Shown: one piece after another, positions 1 through 10,117 of the stretch
Layout: each line of letters begins with the position of its first letter
How positions within the stretch are numbered: position 1 is the stretch's first letter
Assembly: GCA_965202805.1 (NCBI GenBank)
Contig: OZ241869.1
Span: 3,104,001-3,168,000, forward strand
Direction: 5' to 3'
Length of the DNA stretch: 64,000 bases
Source of the DNA: Longimicrobiales bacterium
Lineage (GTDB): Bacteria; Gemmatimonadota; Gemmatimonadetes; Longimicrobiales; Gaopeijiaceae
Notes under the pieces: generated by a model
What the model was told of the DNA's origin: nothing
Databases searched by the model: none
Seen by the model: only the letters and a program-made list of their open reading frames with translations
Translations under genes and position numbers: made by a program

Positions 1-2
1 AT

Positions 3-692
3 CCCGGGGTTCGCATGCGCGGCGACAGCCTGTCGACCTGGCGGGAGGCCCGGATCGGCCTGCGGTCGAGCAACCGGCCGGAAACCTCGGCGTCTCAGGA
101 CAACCAGGCCGTGTGGCTGGGCTGGAACAACCGCATCGCGGGGGCGGACACGCTGGGGCCGGCCGCGGCGTACACCATCGAGCTCCCCGCAACGCTCGCC
201 TCCGAGTGGGAGCTCGGGCCCGACGCTTCCCTGGAGTTGTCGCTGTCGGTCACCCGGGCGACGCCCGGGCCGCGCAGCGCCGGGGACGATGCGGACGAGG
301 CCGGGGACAGGGAGGAGGGCGGCGAAGCCGGCGACGAAGAAGATGATGAGGACGACGCGCCGCCCGACCTGAGCATCGTGGCGCGGGATGGCAGCGGAGC
401 GGTTGCCTCCGTGCCGCTCAGCCGCTACGGGCCGGTGCGCAAGCCGCTGGAGATGCGGGTGCTCCGCCGCCGCGACCTCGAGGACGACCGCTTCGCCAAT
501 CTCTTCGAGCTGCTCCTGCAGAGCTACTCGATTCCGCTGGCGGACTTCGTGGAGGCGGCTCCCGGGCTGCGGCTGGACCAACTCACGGAGGTGGGGCTGG
601 TCTTCGACCGGACGGTCGCGGGCGAGGTCGTGCTGGACGACGTGGGGTTCGCGCGCATGGATCCGGCCTACACGGCGGTGCGGGTGCCCTGA
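3..692 (+). CDS. Partial CDS (5' end outside window): C-terminal part of a hypothetical protein, possibly an alpha/beta-hydrolase-associated domain
   Basis: Frame open from the window edge to TGA at 690-692; typical codon usage; ends in ..IPLADF..LVFDRTVAGEVVLDDVGF; contains an acidic linker. Confidence 0.7.
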   Translation, partial: PGVRMRGDSLSTWREARIGLRSSNRPETSASQDNQAVWLGWNNRIAGADTLGPAAAYTIELPATLASEWELGPDASLELSLSVTRATPGPRSAGDDADEAGDREEGGEAGDEEDDEDDAPPDLSIVARDGSGAVASVPLSRYGPVRKPLEMRVLRRRDLEDDRFANLFELLLQSYSIPLADFVEAAPGLRLDQLTEVGLVFDRTVAGEVVLDDVGFARMDPAYTAVRVP

Positions 693-701
693 GCCGCCAG
701 C

Positions 702-1649
702 CTATCGCCAGCTCAAGCCGAAGCGGTGGGCCGCCTCGCCGCCGTCGTAGCGCTGCCAGGCGTAGTCGATGGCGAGCCGGTCGCCGTTGAACGCCCCCCC
801 GAACGTGACCGGGTGACCGAAGCCGTCCGGGGGTCGTCTCACCCCCACCCGGGCCGTGAAGGTGCGCCCGCGCACGGGCCAGTAGGCGACCTCCATCCCC
901 GCCCCCGGGACGACCGTGCCATCGGCCTCGCGGGAGACGGCGGCGCTCCAGCCCAGGTCGAGCGGTCCCACCGGGATGGCCGGGGTGGAGCCGCCCGCGG
1001 TGACCCGAACGGGGAGCGGGACTTCGACATCGCCCAGGGTGAGCCCCGGTCCGAGGTTTTGCACGGCGAGCCCCAGCCGCGCGCGCCCGGCCCCGACGGC
1101 CACACCCAGGTCGACGGCTCCCGTGGCGTCGTGATGGCCACCCAGGCGCTGGTCCACCAGCTTGCCGGTGATGCCGGCCCGCACGCCCCCCACTTCCCGC
1201 GCGTATCCCACCGAAACAGCGACTTCCGCCGCTGCCGTCTTCCCGTTGGTGAAGAGCGACTGTGCGTCGTGCGCCAGGACGCCGGCACCGCGGTCCGGCA
1301 TCCCGTACCCGAGGGTCTGAACCCCGACGGCCACGCTGGCCGAGGACCAGTCTCCGGCGCCCGACACCGTGCTCAGCAGGCTCGCGGTCCCGAAGCGCTG
1401 CATCGCCCCGCCGATCACTCCGTTGCCTCCGATCAGGGCCGGGTTGTGGAAGACGGCATCGCTGTCGTCGCCCACCATGTGGAAGGCGCCCCCCAGCGCC
1501 AGCCCGCGGGTGCTGGCGGGCATCTCGAGCACGAGGGGCCCGTGTTTGGTGGACTGGGCTCGCCCGTCAGCGGGGGCTGTAGCCCACGCGGCCAACAGGG
1601 CCAGCGCGCCCAGCACCGCGGCGGCGATCCGCCCGGAGCGCGCTGGCAT
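702..1649 (-). CDS. PorV/PorQ-like outer membrane beta-barrel protein
   Basis: Signal peptide, then LEMPASTRGLALGGAF..DSDAVFHNPA motif typical of the PorV/FadL-like N-terminus; amphipathic strands ending HRFGLSWR; start codon uncertain (ORF open to 1742). Confidence 0.7.
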   Translation of the reverse strand: MPARSGRIAAAVLGALALLAAWATAPADGRAQSTKHGPLVLEMPASTRGLALGGAFHMVGDDSDAVFHNPALIGGNGVIGGAMQRFGTASLLSTVSGAGDWSSASVAVGVQTLGYGMPDRGAGVLAHDAQSLFTNGKTAAAEVAVSVGYAREVGGVRAGITGKLVDQRLGGHHDATGAVDLGVAVGAGRARLGLAVQNLGPGLTLGDVEVPLPVRVTAGGSTPAIPVGPLDLGWSAAVSREADGTVVPGAGMEVAYWPVRGRTFTARVGVRRPPDGFGHPVTFGGAFNGDRLAIDYAWQRYDGGEAAHRFGLSWR

Positions 1650-1704
1650 GCCGAGGACGGCCGACGTGCGTCTCAAGAGAAGTTTCCGGGTCGGTGGGGC
1701 AAAG

Positions 1705-3132
1705 TCAGACGGGGCCATCCTCCCAGGGTCCCCACATCGCATAGGTGCCGCTCGCTAGGGTTCCGCCCGCCTGCCGGTCGCCCTGCTGGTTGAAGAAGAG
1801 CACCCGGCCGTCGGGACTGAAGCACGACCCCGCGAACTCGCCGGCCAACTGCCTCCCCGGATCCAGCGGTGCGCGCGCCAGGTTGACGATCCTGCCTTCG
1901 CGGTCGAGGGCGCGCACGTACTGGTCGCCGGTCCCGTCCTCGCACATGACCAGCCCGCCGCGCGGGCTCACCACCAGGTTGTCCGGGCTGTCCAGGACAT
2001 CCGGACCCGGAGACTCGAACACCAGGGTCAGTTCGCCCTCCTCGGCGGAGGTCGGCCGGTAGTGGAAGACCTGCCCGGAAGTCTCGTCTCCCCCGCTGGT
2101 GGAGACCACATAGATGCCCCCATCGCCGTAAAACGCACCCTCCAGGCGGGCGAAGCGCGCGGCACCCCGGTCGAGACCCTGCCTGAAGACCGCCAACTGA
2201 TCGTCCTCGGCCTCCTCCGGATCGGGATCGTCGATGTCCACCCAGTGAGCGGGGAGGACCACTCCCGGCGTCTGGTTACGGGCAGTCAGGTAGCCGGGCT
2301 CGCCGGTCACGGCCATCATCTGCAGCCTTCCGCCGGCCGCCAGCACCCCCGGCTCATCGGGAATGAAGCGGTAGAGGCCCGCGCCGGGCCGGATTCCCGG
2401 GACGTACCACGTGTCCTCCGTCTCATACACGATCCCGGTCTCGGGATCGACCGCCACCGCCTCGTGCACGAAGCGCCCCATGGCCTTGAGCGGCACCGCA
2501 TCCACCGGCCCCGTGGCAGCCGCGGGCACCTCGTAGATGTACCCGTGCGGCCTGTCGAAACCGTCGCCCGGTCCCTCGGTGGTCTCTTCGCACGACAGCC
2601 AGCTTCCCCACGGGGTCGGGCCGCCCGCACAGTTGATGCGCGTGCCCGCGAGGGAAGCAAACTCGTCAACCAGCTCCACGCGCAGTCCATCGCCCTCACC
2701 CGAAATGCGCACTTCGAGCGAGGTCGTTCCCCCGCTTCCGGTACGATCGTAGTACGGGGTGCCGATCGGCCGTGCGGAGTCCGCCGGGTCGATCATCTCG
2801 TGATTGCGAATCAGGCGAACGTTGCCGTTGGGAAGCGGAAACGCGGCCATGCCGTCAAACGCGTTGGGGACCAGGAATCCATCCCGCACGGTCGAAGGCA
2901 CTCCCCCCGAACTCAAACGCACGCACCGGAGCCGCTCCGGGATCTCGATCTCGGGGCAGTCGGGCGAGCGCACCAGCGGGCCGTACGGTTCGATGGTGAC
3001 CGGTCTGCGGGCTTCGTCCGAGCTTCGGCCTCCGCCACCGCACGCCACCAGCCCGGCCAGCGACGGCGTGAGGGCGGCGAATCCCCCGGCGGAGAACATC
3101 CGTGAGAGAAACTTTCTGCGTCCCAGGGTCAT
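1705..3132 (-). CDS. phoX: PhoX-family (DUF839) alkaline phosphatase, Tat-exported lipoprotein
   Basis: Twin-Arg RRKFL plus lipobox LVAC; motifs DGMAAF, RNHE, NCAGGPTPWGSWLSCEE, MGRFVHEA, SPDN, EFAG. Confidence 0.9.
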   Translation of the reverse strand: MTLGRRKFLSRMFSAGGFAALTPSLAGLVACGGGGRSSDEARRPVTIEPYGPLVRSPDCPEIEIPERLRCVRLSSGGVPSTVRDGFLVPNAFDGMAAFPLPNGNVRLIRNHEMIDPADSARPIGTPYYDRTGSGGTTSLEVRISGEGDGLRVELVDEFASLAGTRINCAGGPTPWGSWLSCEETTEGPGDGFDRPHGYIYEVPAAATGPVDAVPLKAMGRFVHEAVAVDPETGIVYETEDTWYVPGIRPGAGLYRFIPDEPGVLAAGGRLQMMAVTGEPGYLTARNQTPGVVLPAHWVDIDDPDPEEAEDDQLAVFRQGLDRGAARFARLEGAFYGDGGIYVVSTSGGDETSGQVFHYRPTSAEEGELTLVFESPGPDVLDSPDNLVVSPRGGLVMCEDGTGDQYVRALDREGRIVNLARAPLDPGRQLAGEFAGSCFSPDGRVLFFNQQGDRQAGGTLASGTYAMWGPWEDGPV

Positions 3133-3336
3133 GTCAGGATTTCCCGAAAGGAGGAGTTGGGTGCTTGAGAGCGCCCGGCAGTCCATCGATCACTCGATGA
3201 ACCCATCGACGACGCAACGAATGAAGTATGGTGTGAAACGGCCGGCCGTGCCCATGCGGGCGCCGTAACGATCCTGTACCACCGCGCACCCCTGGTCGTG
3301 CCCGCGCCCCCCCCATCGGGTCCCGCGCGCCCCCGA

Positions 3337-4026
3337 TCAAATCAGCCGCAGCTGCTCTCCCACCGGGCGCAGGATGTCGGCGTCGTCGTTCCGCACGCTG
3401 TTCACCCGACTGCTGACGGCCCGCCGTTCATACGGTCCGGGATGGGGAGCGCACAGCCTCTCGAACAGCTCACGCGCCGCCGTGGAAGGGTCGAGCCACT
3501 CCGCGAACCACTCCGGGTCCACGATGGCGGGCTGGCGATGGTGGATGTCGGCGAGCTCGGCCGAGGCCGGCGTGGTGAGAATCGCGAAGGACTCGATCAC
3601 GTCGCGTCTCGTTTCCCAGCGCTCCCAGACCCCGGCGAAGGAGACGGGCGCCCCGGCGGCGAAGGTGAGATGGAACGGCTGCGGCGCCCGGGAGGGACCC
3701 TGCCACTCGAACCAGCCGTCGGCGGGGACGAGGCAGCGCCGCTCGCGAAAGGCGTCCGCGAATGCGCGCTTCTCGTGAACCGTTTCCGCGCGCGCGTTGA
3801 TGAGCGGCGGCCCCGTTCCCGCATCCCTCCACCACGAGGGCACCAGGCCCCAGCGGAGCTCCGCGATGCGCCGGCTGCCGCCGCCATCGATGCGGCAGAC
3901 CGCGAAGTCCTGCGTCGGAGCGCCGTTGTAGCGGGGCTCCCGCGCAAACGATGGCGGAGCCTGCGTCACACCGTACAGGTCGCAGACTTCCTGCGGCGTC
4001 AACTTCTGGGTGAAGCGGCCACACAT
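3337..4026 (-). CDS. SOS response-associated peptidase (SRAP/YedK, abasic-site processing)
   Basis: N-terminal MCGRF, RYNxAPTQ, WGLVP, INARAET, RRCLVPADGWFEW, IHHRQP. Confidence 0.93.
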   Translation of the reverse strand: MCGRFTQKLTPQEVCDLYGVTQAPPSFAREPRYNGAPTQDFAVCRIDGGGSRRIAELRWGLVPSWWRDAGTGPPLINARAETVHEKRAFADAFRERRCLVPADGWFEWQGPSRAPQPFHLTFAAGAPVSFAGVWERWETRRDVIESFAILTTPASAELADIHHRQPAIVDPEWFAEWLDPSTAARELFERLCAPHPGPYERRAVSSRVNSVRNDDADILRPVGEQLRLI

Positions 4027-4262
4027 GAACGGATGTTCCTGGTCTTGCGGGTCGGGAACGGACCTGTGGCAAGCTCCCTCGATTTCACCGACGGTGCAAG
4101 GGAATCGCGCCACGCTCCCTTCTTCCGGAGGCCGCCGCTGCCCGCCGCCGCGCCTGCAAGCGGGCCCCGTCCATGGACGCCGCCTTCGGATTGGCGCGAC
4201 GCGGGCGCCCGGAACATCTTTGGAGGAACCTGTTGCCACGCCTGCAAACCGACGTGAACGGC

Positions 4263-5345
4263 ATGTTCAAGACGGGCTACATCCTGAATCGCCGGGCGGA
4301 CATCGTCTGGTTCCTCGGGCTGCCCTTCTTCGCCGTCGCGATGGCGCTGGGCTTCCAGGCGTGGCTTCCCTATGTGGCGGTGGCGTCGATCAACCTGTGG
4401 ATCACGATCCCCCACCACTACGCAGGATGGGTGCGCTCCTACGGCATGCCCGACATCTGGGAGCGCTTCAGGAACCGCCTCATCGCGGGCCCGCTGGTGA
4501 TCGTCGGCTTCACCATCCTGGGGCTCCAGTTCGCGCCCATCACCCTGCTGCTGCTGGTCACCGCCTGGGACCATCAGCACAGCCTCATGCAGCAGCACGG
4601 ACTCGCGCGCATCTACGACTTCAAGGCCGGCGCCGGGCTCCCCTCGACGCGCCGCTTCGACCTCGGCCTGCACTGCGTGCTGTACGGCTACATGTTCGTG
4701 AGCGCGCCCATGTTCCGCTTCCTCTGGATCCGCGAGCTGCACCGGATGCACGTGCCGGTGTCGGCGGGCTTCGTGGACGGGCTGCTCACGGTCAGCCAGA
4801 TCGTGCTGGTCGGATACCTGGTCGTCTACGCCCTGCATCTCCGCCGGATCCTGGCCGAGGGCGGCACCATCAACCCCATCAAGTACCTCTTCATCGGGGC
4901 CAGCTACTTCCTCTGGTACTTCGTGGCCTGGCAGACCACGTCGATCCTGCTCTACGCGGTCGCGCACCGCCTCATGCACGGCGTCCAGTACATCGTCATG
5001 GTGTATTCCTACATGCGCCGCACCGCGAGCAAGGGGACCTCGCGACCCGGTTTCTGGTCCCGGGTGACCGGCAGGGGCAGGCTTCGCTGGTTCCTGGTGG
5101 GCGGGGCGGCCTACGCCGTGCTCTTCCAGCTCCTCATCAACCGTCCGCTGGACGAGTTCGGGTTCGGAGTGGTGAACTTCGCCCCCTATCCCGCGCTGCC
5201 CGAGTTCGGGATCCCGGCGCTCGACTACTCCAGCGGATACGCGCTCTTTTCGCAGATGATGGTCTACGCCTACGGGCTCATGCACTACTACCTCGACTCG
5301 TTCATCTGGAAGGTGCGCGACAAGCAGACGCAGCGGGGGCTTTAG
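4263..5345 (+). CDS. Polytopic membrane protein with clustered His motifs (putative metal-dependent membrane enzyme)
   Basis: Many hydrophobic helices; PHHY, DHQH..QHG, HRLMHGVQY, MHYYLDSFIW; ATG 4263 preferred over 4173. Confidence 0.75.
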   Translation: MFKTGYILNRRADIVWFLGLPFFAVAMALGFQAWLPYVAVASINLWITIPHHYAGWVRSYGMPDIWERFRNRLIAGPLVIVGFTILGLQFAPITLLLLVTAWDHQHSLMQQHGLARIYDFKAGAGLPSTRRFDLGLHCVLYGYMFVSAPMFRFLWIRELHRMHVPVSAGFVDGLLTVSQIVLVGYLVVYALHLRRILAEGGTINPIKYLFIGASYFLWYFVAWQTTSILLYAVAHRLMHGVQYIVMVYSYMRRTASKGTSRPGFWSRVTGRGRLRWFLVGGAAYAVLFQLLINRPLDEFGFGVVNFAPYPALPEFGIPALDYSSGYALFSQMMVYAYGLMHYYLDSFIWKVRDKQTQRGL

Positions 5346-5386
5346 CTGAAGCTGATGGAGGGCTCGCTGATGGAGGACACGCAGGC

Positions 5387-6058
5387 GTGATCTCGGACTG
5401 GTATCGGCGCTACCGCATGCTGATCGGCATCTACACGATCGCCGTCGTCGTGGGAGCCCGGGAGTATCTGGTGTCGCGCGGGCAGGACCCGGTCGACTTC
5501 CTGAACGAGAAGTGGGGGGACATGACCGACGTGGTGTCGGCCATCAACCCCGGAGACCCGGACACGGAGTTCCTGGAGGCGGTGCAGGCGCTGCAGCAGG
5601 GCGACGAGGAGACCTTCCTGGAGCACATGGAGGAGGCGCTCACATCCGACGTGAAGCACAACGACCTGCTGCTCCAGTCGTACGCGCAGCATCTCCTCAA
5701 CAGCGGGGCGGACCACGAGCAGGTGAACGCGGCCCTCAACCGCTGGCGCGAGAACCATCCGTTCTCGGTGGATACGGTGTGGCTGCCGCTCGCGACCGGG
5801 CCGCGGGGCGCCACCGACCTGAACGACCTGAACCGCGCCTTCGCCGAGGTGCCCTGGGTGACCGAGACCAGGATCGAGTCCTACGACGACGGCGGCGCCC
5901 AGCGCTGGCGCGCCACCATCACCTTCCGGCCGGGGCAGCCGGTGGACATCAGGGACGCGGTCGCGGCGGCGAGCGTGCTGGCCCTGCCCCCCGGCCAGCG
6001 GCATCTGTACGAAGTGACCTGCGTGAACCTGATCGACTGCAGCGCCTCGCGGCGGTAG
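5387..6058 (+). CDS. Hypothetical protein with N-terminal membrane anchor and TPR-like helical region
   Basis: GGAGG at 5372-5376 before GTG 5387; strong codon bias; co-oriented with the upstream membrane protein. Confidence 0.75.
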   Translation: MISDWYRRYRMLIGIYTIAVVVGAREYLVSRGQDPVDFLNEKWGDMTDVVSAINPGDPDTEFLEAVQALQQGDEETFLEHMEEALTSDVKHNDLLLQSYAQHLLNSGADHEQVNAALNRWRENHPFSVDTVWLPLATGPRGATDLNDLNRAFAEVPWVTETRIESYDDGGAQRWRATITFRPGQPVDIRDAVAAASVLALPPGQRHLYEVTCVNLIDCSASRR

Positions 6059-6084
6059 CGGGCGCTCGCAGACGACGGGTTAGT

Positions 6085-6142
6085 CCCCGAAGTCTGCCAT
6101 TTTGGCAGACGGATTGCCCCGGAGTCTGCCATTTTGGCAGAC
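6085..6142. repeat. Two direct copies of a 26-bp palindrome-containing unit (CCCCGRAGTCTGCCATTTTGGCAGAC); probable bidirectional terminator or REP-like element
   Basis: Copies at 6085-6110 and 6117-6142; each contains GTCTGCCA-TTT-TGGCAGAC; lies between convergent genes; second copy followed by TTTT. Confidence 0.8.
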
Positions 6143-6151
6143 TTTTCGTCC

Positions 6152-6643
6152 CTAACCTCCTACGGGAACGGAAATCAGCGGCACCATCAGGTCCGGGTCC
6201 GGCTCCGGAGGCAGGGGCTCGCCCTCGGACTCCAGAATGAAGCTGAGGATTGCCGCCACCCCGCCCGCAACGACCCCGACGAAGGCCGAGGTGGCGAGCC
6301 CGTTGAGCGATCGCCGCTCCGTGGCCAGGATCCCGGCTTCGGGGATGCGCAGCGTCTGTTCCAGGCCGACCGCCTGGAAGCCCACCTGCCTTTGCGCGAC
6401 TTCCACCAGCAGCAACAGATCGCCGGCATCCCGTCCGACGACCGTCCCGCGCACGCGAGGCACCGCCGAGTCCACTTCGTGGACCTCGCGGAACCCGTCG
6501 GCCGCATCCTCGGTGATGTAGACCCTCACGGGCTCCCCCGCCGACGCCGCGGCCGTCTCGATCGGTACGTAGCGATAACACGCCGAGGACGGGAGAAGGA
6601 TCGCGACAGTGCAGATGGTGAGCCCCACGGTCGTCCCTCGCAT
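6152..6643 (-). CDS. Hypothetical lipoprotein
   Basis: GGAGG RBS; signal ending in SSA-C followed by YRYVP; C-terminal hydrophobic helix. Confidence 0.75.
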   Translation of the reverse strand: MRGTTVGLTICTVAILLPSSACYRYVPIETAAASAGEPVRVYITEDAADGFREVHEVDSAVPRVRGTVVGRDAGDLLLLVEVAQRQVGFQAVGLEQTLRIPEAGILATERRSLNGLATSAFVGVVAGGVAAILSFILESEGEPLPPEPDPDLMVPLISVPVGG

Positions 6644-7010
6644 GTCACCTCCCGGACCGGGCGACGGCAACTCGAATACGCTTCCGTCTCTCCCTGGATC
6701 AATGGCGTACCGAGTTGACGATTATCGTCCGGTCGCGCACCCGCGCAAGCCCGGGACTGCCCGACGCCTGCCCGGTTGCGCACGCGTACCGATGCAGACG
6801 CTGCTGCAGGCTGCTTGCGTGACCCCCACTCGCGGTCCATTCTGGAGGTTTGCGGTCAACCCCTCTATTCACCAGCACCAGCGTCAGTTGAGGCGGGCAG
6901 TTCAGTCAACACGCGGTCTGGGAGCTTGTCCCAGGGGCATTTGGTTGGAGTCTGTTTTTTCGGCGCACGGGCGCAACATTCGGTGACCTGTGTCGCCGAA
7001 GGAGGGCTCC

Positions 7011-10000
7011 ATGTCCCGATTGTCCCCGCAGTCTCCGCGCACTTTCCGCGCACCCGGCCGATCCGGCAAGGGAGGGTTGGCCGTTCTGATTGTCCTGGGC
7101 CTGTCGGTCCTCGCCGCCGTGCCCGCGCACGCCCAGAACGGCCGTCTCACGGGCATAGTGACCGATGCGCAGTCGGGTGCACCCATCGGCGAAGTCCAGG
7201 TCTACATCGCCGGCTCCACGCTGGGGACACTGACCCGGTCGAACGGGCGCTACCTCATCCTCAACGTGCCCCCGGGTTCCTACGAGTTGCGGGCGGAGCG
7301 CATCGGCTTCCAGACCGTGACCGAGTCCGTGGACGTGCCTGCCGACGGAACGATGACGAGGGACTTCGCCATGACCACGGAGGCCCTCGGCCTCGATGAG
7401 ATCGTGGTAACGGGCGCGGCGGGCGCCGCGCGCCGGCGCGAGATCGGCAACGCCATCGCCCAGATCAACCTCACCGACATCCCCGAACGCGAGGCCAACG
7501 TGTCCGACCTGCTGCAGGCGGCCGCGCCCGGCATTCAGGTGATCGGCGGCAGCAGCGAGCCCGCGCAGGGCAAGCAGATCCGTCTGCGCGGCAACTCCAG
7601 CGTGGCGATGTCGAACCAGCCGATCATCTACGTGGACGGCGTCCGGATCATGGACGACGCCTTCCCGGTGGTCGCGACGCCGGGGACCGGGCTGGGGCGT
7701 CCATCCCTCATCACGGTGACCCCGCTCGACATGATCAACCCCAACGACATCGAGCGCATCGAGGTCATCAAGGGGTCCGCGGCGACCACCCTGTATGGGA
7801 CGGAGGCCTCGGCCGGCGTGATCCAGGTCTTCACCAAGCGCGGCTCTGCCGGTGCGCCGGTGTGGACCGCGGAGATCCAGCAGGGGACGGGATGGATGCA
7901 GCCGTTCGGCGCGCCCGGCGGCGACTTCATCCAGATGGAACACTACATGCGCGATGCCTGGTGGGGCGGCGGGTACGAGGGCGGCCAGTATTCCACGGAC
8001 TGCGTCACCGACGACGACCGCTGGAAAGGTGTGAACTCGAGCGCCAGTGGCCCGTGCAGCTTCCCCGGGTCGGTGTGGTTCCAGAACTACCTCCTCTCGG
8101 TCCGAGGTGGTGGCCAGGCGCTGCAGTACTTCATCTCGGGGCAGTATCAGGACGACAGCTACGTGCTCGCCAACGACGAGCTGGAGAAGTACAACTTCCG
8201 CGGCAACTTCACGATGACGCCGGTCGAGGATCTCCAGATCCAGTGGAACACGGGGTATACCAGCCAGTGGCTGAGCGGGACTCCGTCGGGCAACAACGCC
8301 GAGGGCATCCAGCTGAACGCCTTCCGCCAGGAGCGCAACTACGTGGGTTCGGCCGATCCGCGGGAGATCGGCAAGCTTCTGGAATACGAGTTCGACCAGC
8401 GCAACGAGCGCCTCAACTCCGGAATCACGCTGACCTACACGCCTCAGGCGCGGCTCACCAACCGCTTCACCTTCGGCTACGACTACTCGAACCAGGAGGG
8501 TGAGAACCAGCGCAACTTCGGCTTCTTCCTCAAGCCGCTGGGTTCACGCACCAACGATACCTTCCAGAGACGGGTGCTCACCTTCGACTACGTGGGGACG
8601 TACAACCTGCCGGTCACGTCCACCATCAACTCCAACTTCTCGTGGGGCGGCCAGGCGATCGGCGACTCGCAGGTGCGACTACGCCTGTTGGGCGAGGACT
8701 TCCCCGGCGCAGCCGAGCCCACGGTGAGTTCCGCGGCCATCAAGGTGGCCGAGGAGGATCGCGAGAAGGTCTGGAACGCGGGCTTCTTCGTCCAGAACGT
8801 CTTCGACATCAGCAACAAGTACTTCGTGACCGGCGGGATCCGGGTCGACGGCAACAGCGCCTTCGGTTCCGGGTTCGGTCTCCAGGTCTACCCCAAGGTG
8901 AGCGGCACCTGGGTGATCAGCGACGAGGACTTCTGGGATGCCGGCCTCGGCTCCATCAAGCTGCGCGCGGCCTATGGCCAGTCCGGCCGGGCTCCGGGAG
9001 CGTTCGACGCGGTCAGGACCTGGGATCCAGCGGGCTACGCGGGTACGCCCGCCTTCACGCCTGCCAACCTGGGGAATCCCGATCTGGGACCGGAGGTGTC
9101 CAGAGAGTGGGAGTTCGGCTTCGACGCCTCGTGGCTCGACGACCGGCTGACGGCCACCTTCACCTACTTCGACCAGCAAACCACCGACGCACTCATGTTC
9201 GTCAGCGCTGTTCCCTCGCAGGGGTTCACGCGGAGCCAGCTCCAGAACGTGGGGACGGTCGGCGCCGACGGGATCGAACTGCAGCTCGACGCGAGGCTGT
9301 TCCAGAGTACCAGTTTCAGCGTAGACGCCGGGCTGGGGGTCAGCACCTACAATTCGGAGGTGATGAGCCTGTGCAAGGGCGAAACCGAGCCGAGCGAAGT
9401 CGTGCTCGCGCGCGATCCCGACGCACAGTGCATCCCTCCGTTCTGGGACCTGAACGGACGGATCATCGAGGGAGAGGCGCTGCCCGTGGAGGTGGGACGC
9501 CGGGTCATCAATCGGGACGAGATCGCCGACCCGCAGTTTGCCGACAATCCGGACACTCCGGCGGCGCCCGGCAGGACCGGGGAGAACGTGATCATCGGGC
9601 CCCAGCTGCCCACCCACACCATCACGCCGTCCCTCGCCGTGCGCCTGCCGGGCAACGTCCTGCTCTCCGCGCGCGGAGAGTACATGGGCGGACATGTGGC
9701 GTACATCAACGAGATCTCCATCAGCCGTTCCGTGCGCTCCCCGCTCTGCTTCCCCTGGTACGTCACTCCCAAGACGTCCATCGAGCTGAAGCCCGAGACG
9801 CCCGCCATATGGCGCGAGCGCTGCACCCCGGGGTTCGCGCGCGACTACTGGTTCGATTCGACCTACTTCAAGCTTCGCAACGTCAGTCTGACCGTGCCCG
9901 TGGACGCCGTGTTCCCGGAAACGGTCTCGAACGCCACGTTCACCGCCACCCTCAGCAACTTCTACGACTGGTACCGCGAGATCCCCTGGTACGACCCGGA

Positions 10001-10103
10001 GTCGCTCGGCAACACGCCGGCTCTCGATGACGGAATCGGAAACCAGACCGAGCGGGTGCCGTCCCCGGTCACGTTCCGCATGTCCATGCGGGTCACCTTC
10101 TAG
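7011..10103 (+). CDS. SusC/RagA-type TonB-dependent receptor
   Basis: AAGGAGG RBS; signal peptide; carboxypeptidase-regulatory-like N-domain; TonB box LDEIVVTG; plug INPNDIERIEVIKGSAATTLYG; C-terminal Phe. Confidence 0.93.
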   Translation: MSRLSPQSPRTFRAPGRSGKGGLAVLIVLGLSVLAAVPAHAQNGRLTGIVTDAQSGAPIGEVQVYIAGSTLGTLTRSNGRYLILNVPPGSYELRAERIGFQTVTESVDVPADGTMTRDFAMTTEALGLDEIVVTGAAGAARRREIGNAIAQINLTDIPEREANVSDLLQAAAPGIQVIGGSSEPAQGKQIRLRGNSSVAMSNQPIIYVDGVRIMDDAFPVVATPGTGLGRPSLITVTPLDMINPNDIERIEVIKGSAATTLYGTEASAGVIQVFTKRGSAGAPVWTAEIQQGTGWMQPFGAPGGDFIQMEHYMRDAWWGGGYEGGQYSTDCVTDDDRWKGVNSSASGPCSFPGSVWFQNYLLSVRGGGQALQYFISGQYQDDSYVLANDELEKYNFRGNFTMTPVEDLQIQWNTGYTSQWLSGTPSGNNAEGIQLNAFRQERNYVGSADPREIGKLLEYEFDQRNERLNSGITLTYTPQARLTNRFTFGYDYSNQEGENQRNFGFFLKPLGSRTNDTFQRRVLTFDYVGTYNLPVTSTINSNFSWGGQAIGDSQVRLRLLGEDFPGAAEPTVSSAAIKVAEEDREKVWNAGFFVQNVFDISNKYFVTGGIRVDGNSAFGSGFGLQVYPKVSGTWVISDEDFWDAGLGSIKLRAAYGQSGRAPGAFDAVRTWDPAGYAGTPAFTPANLGNPDLGPEVSREWEFGFDASWLDDRLTATFTYFDQQTTDALMFVSAVPSQGFTRSQLQNVGTVGADGIELQLDARLFQSTSFSVDAGLGVSTYNSEVMSLCKGETEPSEVVLARDPDAQCIPPFWDLNGRIIEGEALPVEVGRRVINRDEIADPQFADNPDTPAAPGRTGENVIIGPQLPTHTITPSLAVRLPGNVLLSARGEYMGGHVAYINEISISRSVRSPLCFPWYVTPKTSIELKPETPAIWRERCTPGFARDYWFDSTYFKLRNVSLTVPVDAVFPETVSNATFTATLSNFYDWYREIPWYDPESLGNTPALDDGIGNQTERVPSPVTFRMSMRVTF

Positions 10104-10117
10104 GGGAGGGCTGAGAG

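Noticed and set aside
4010..5386. 682-aa ORF as a single fused protein
   Set aside because: The 5' part is an off-frame overlap of the membrane protein; the RBS supports a start at 5387
6085..6142. Possible mini CRISPR array
   Set aside because: Only two units with a 6-bp gap and no cas genes in the window
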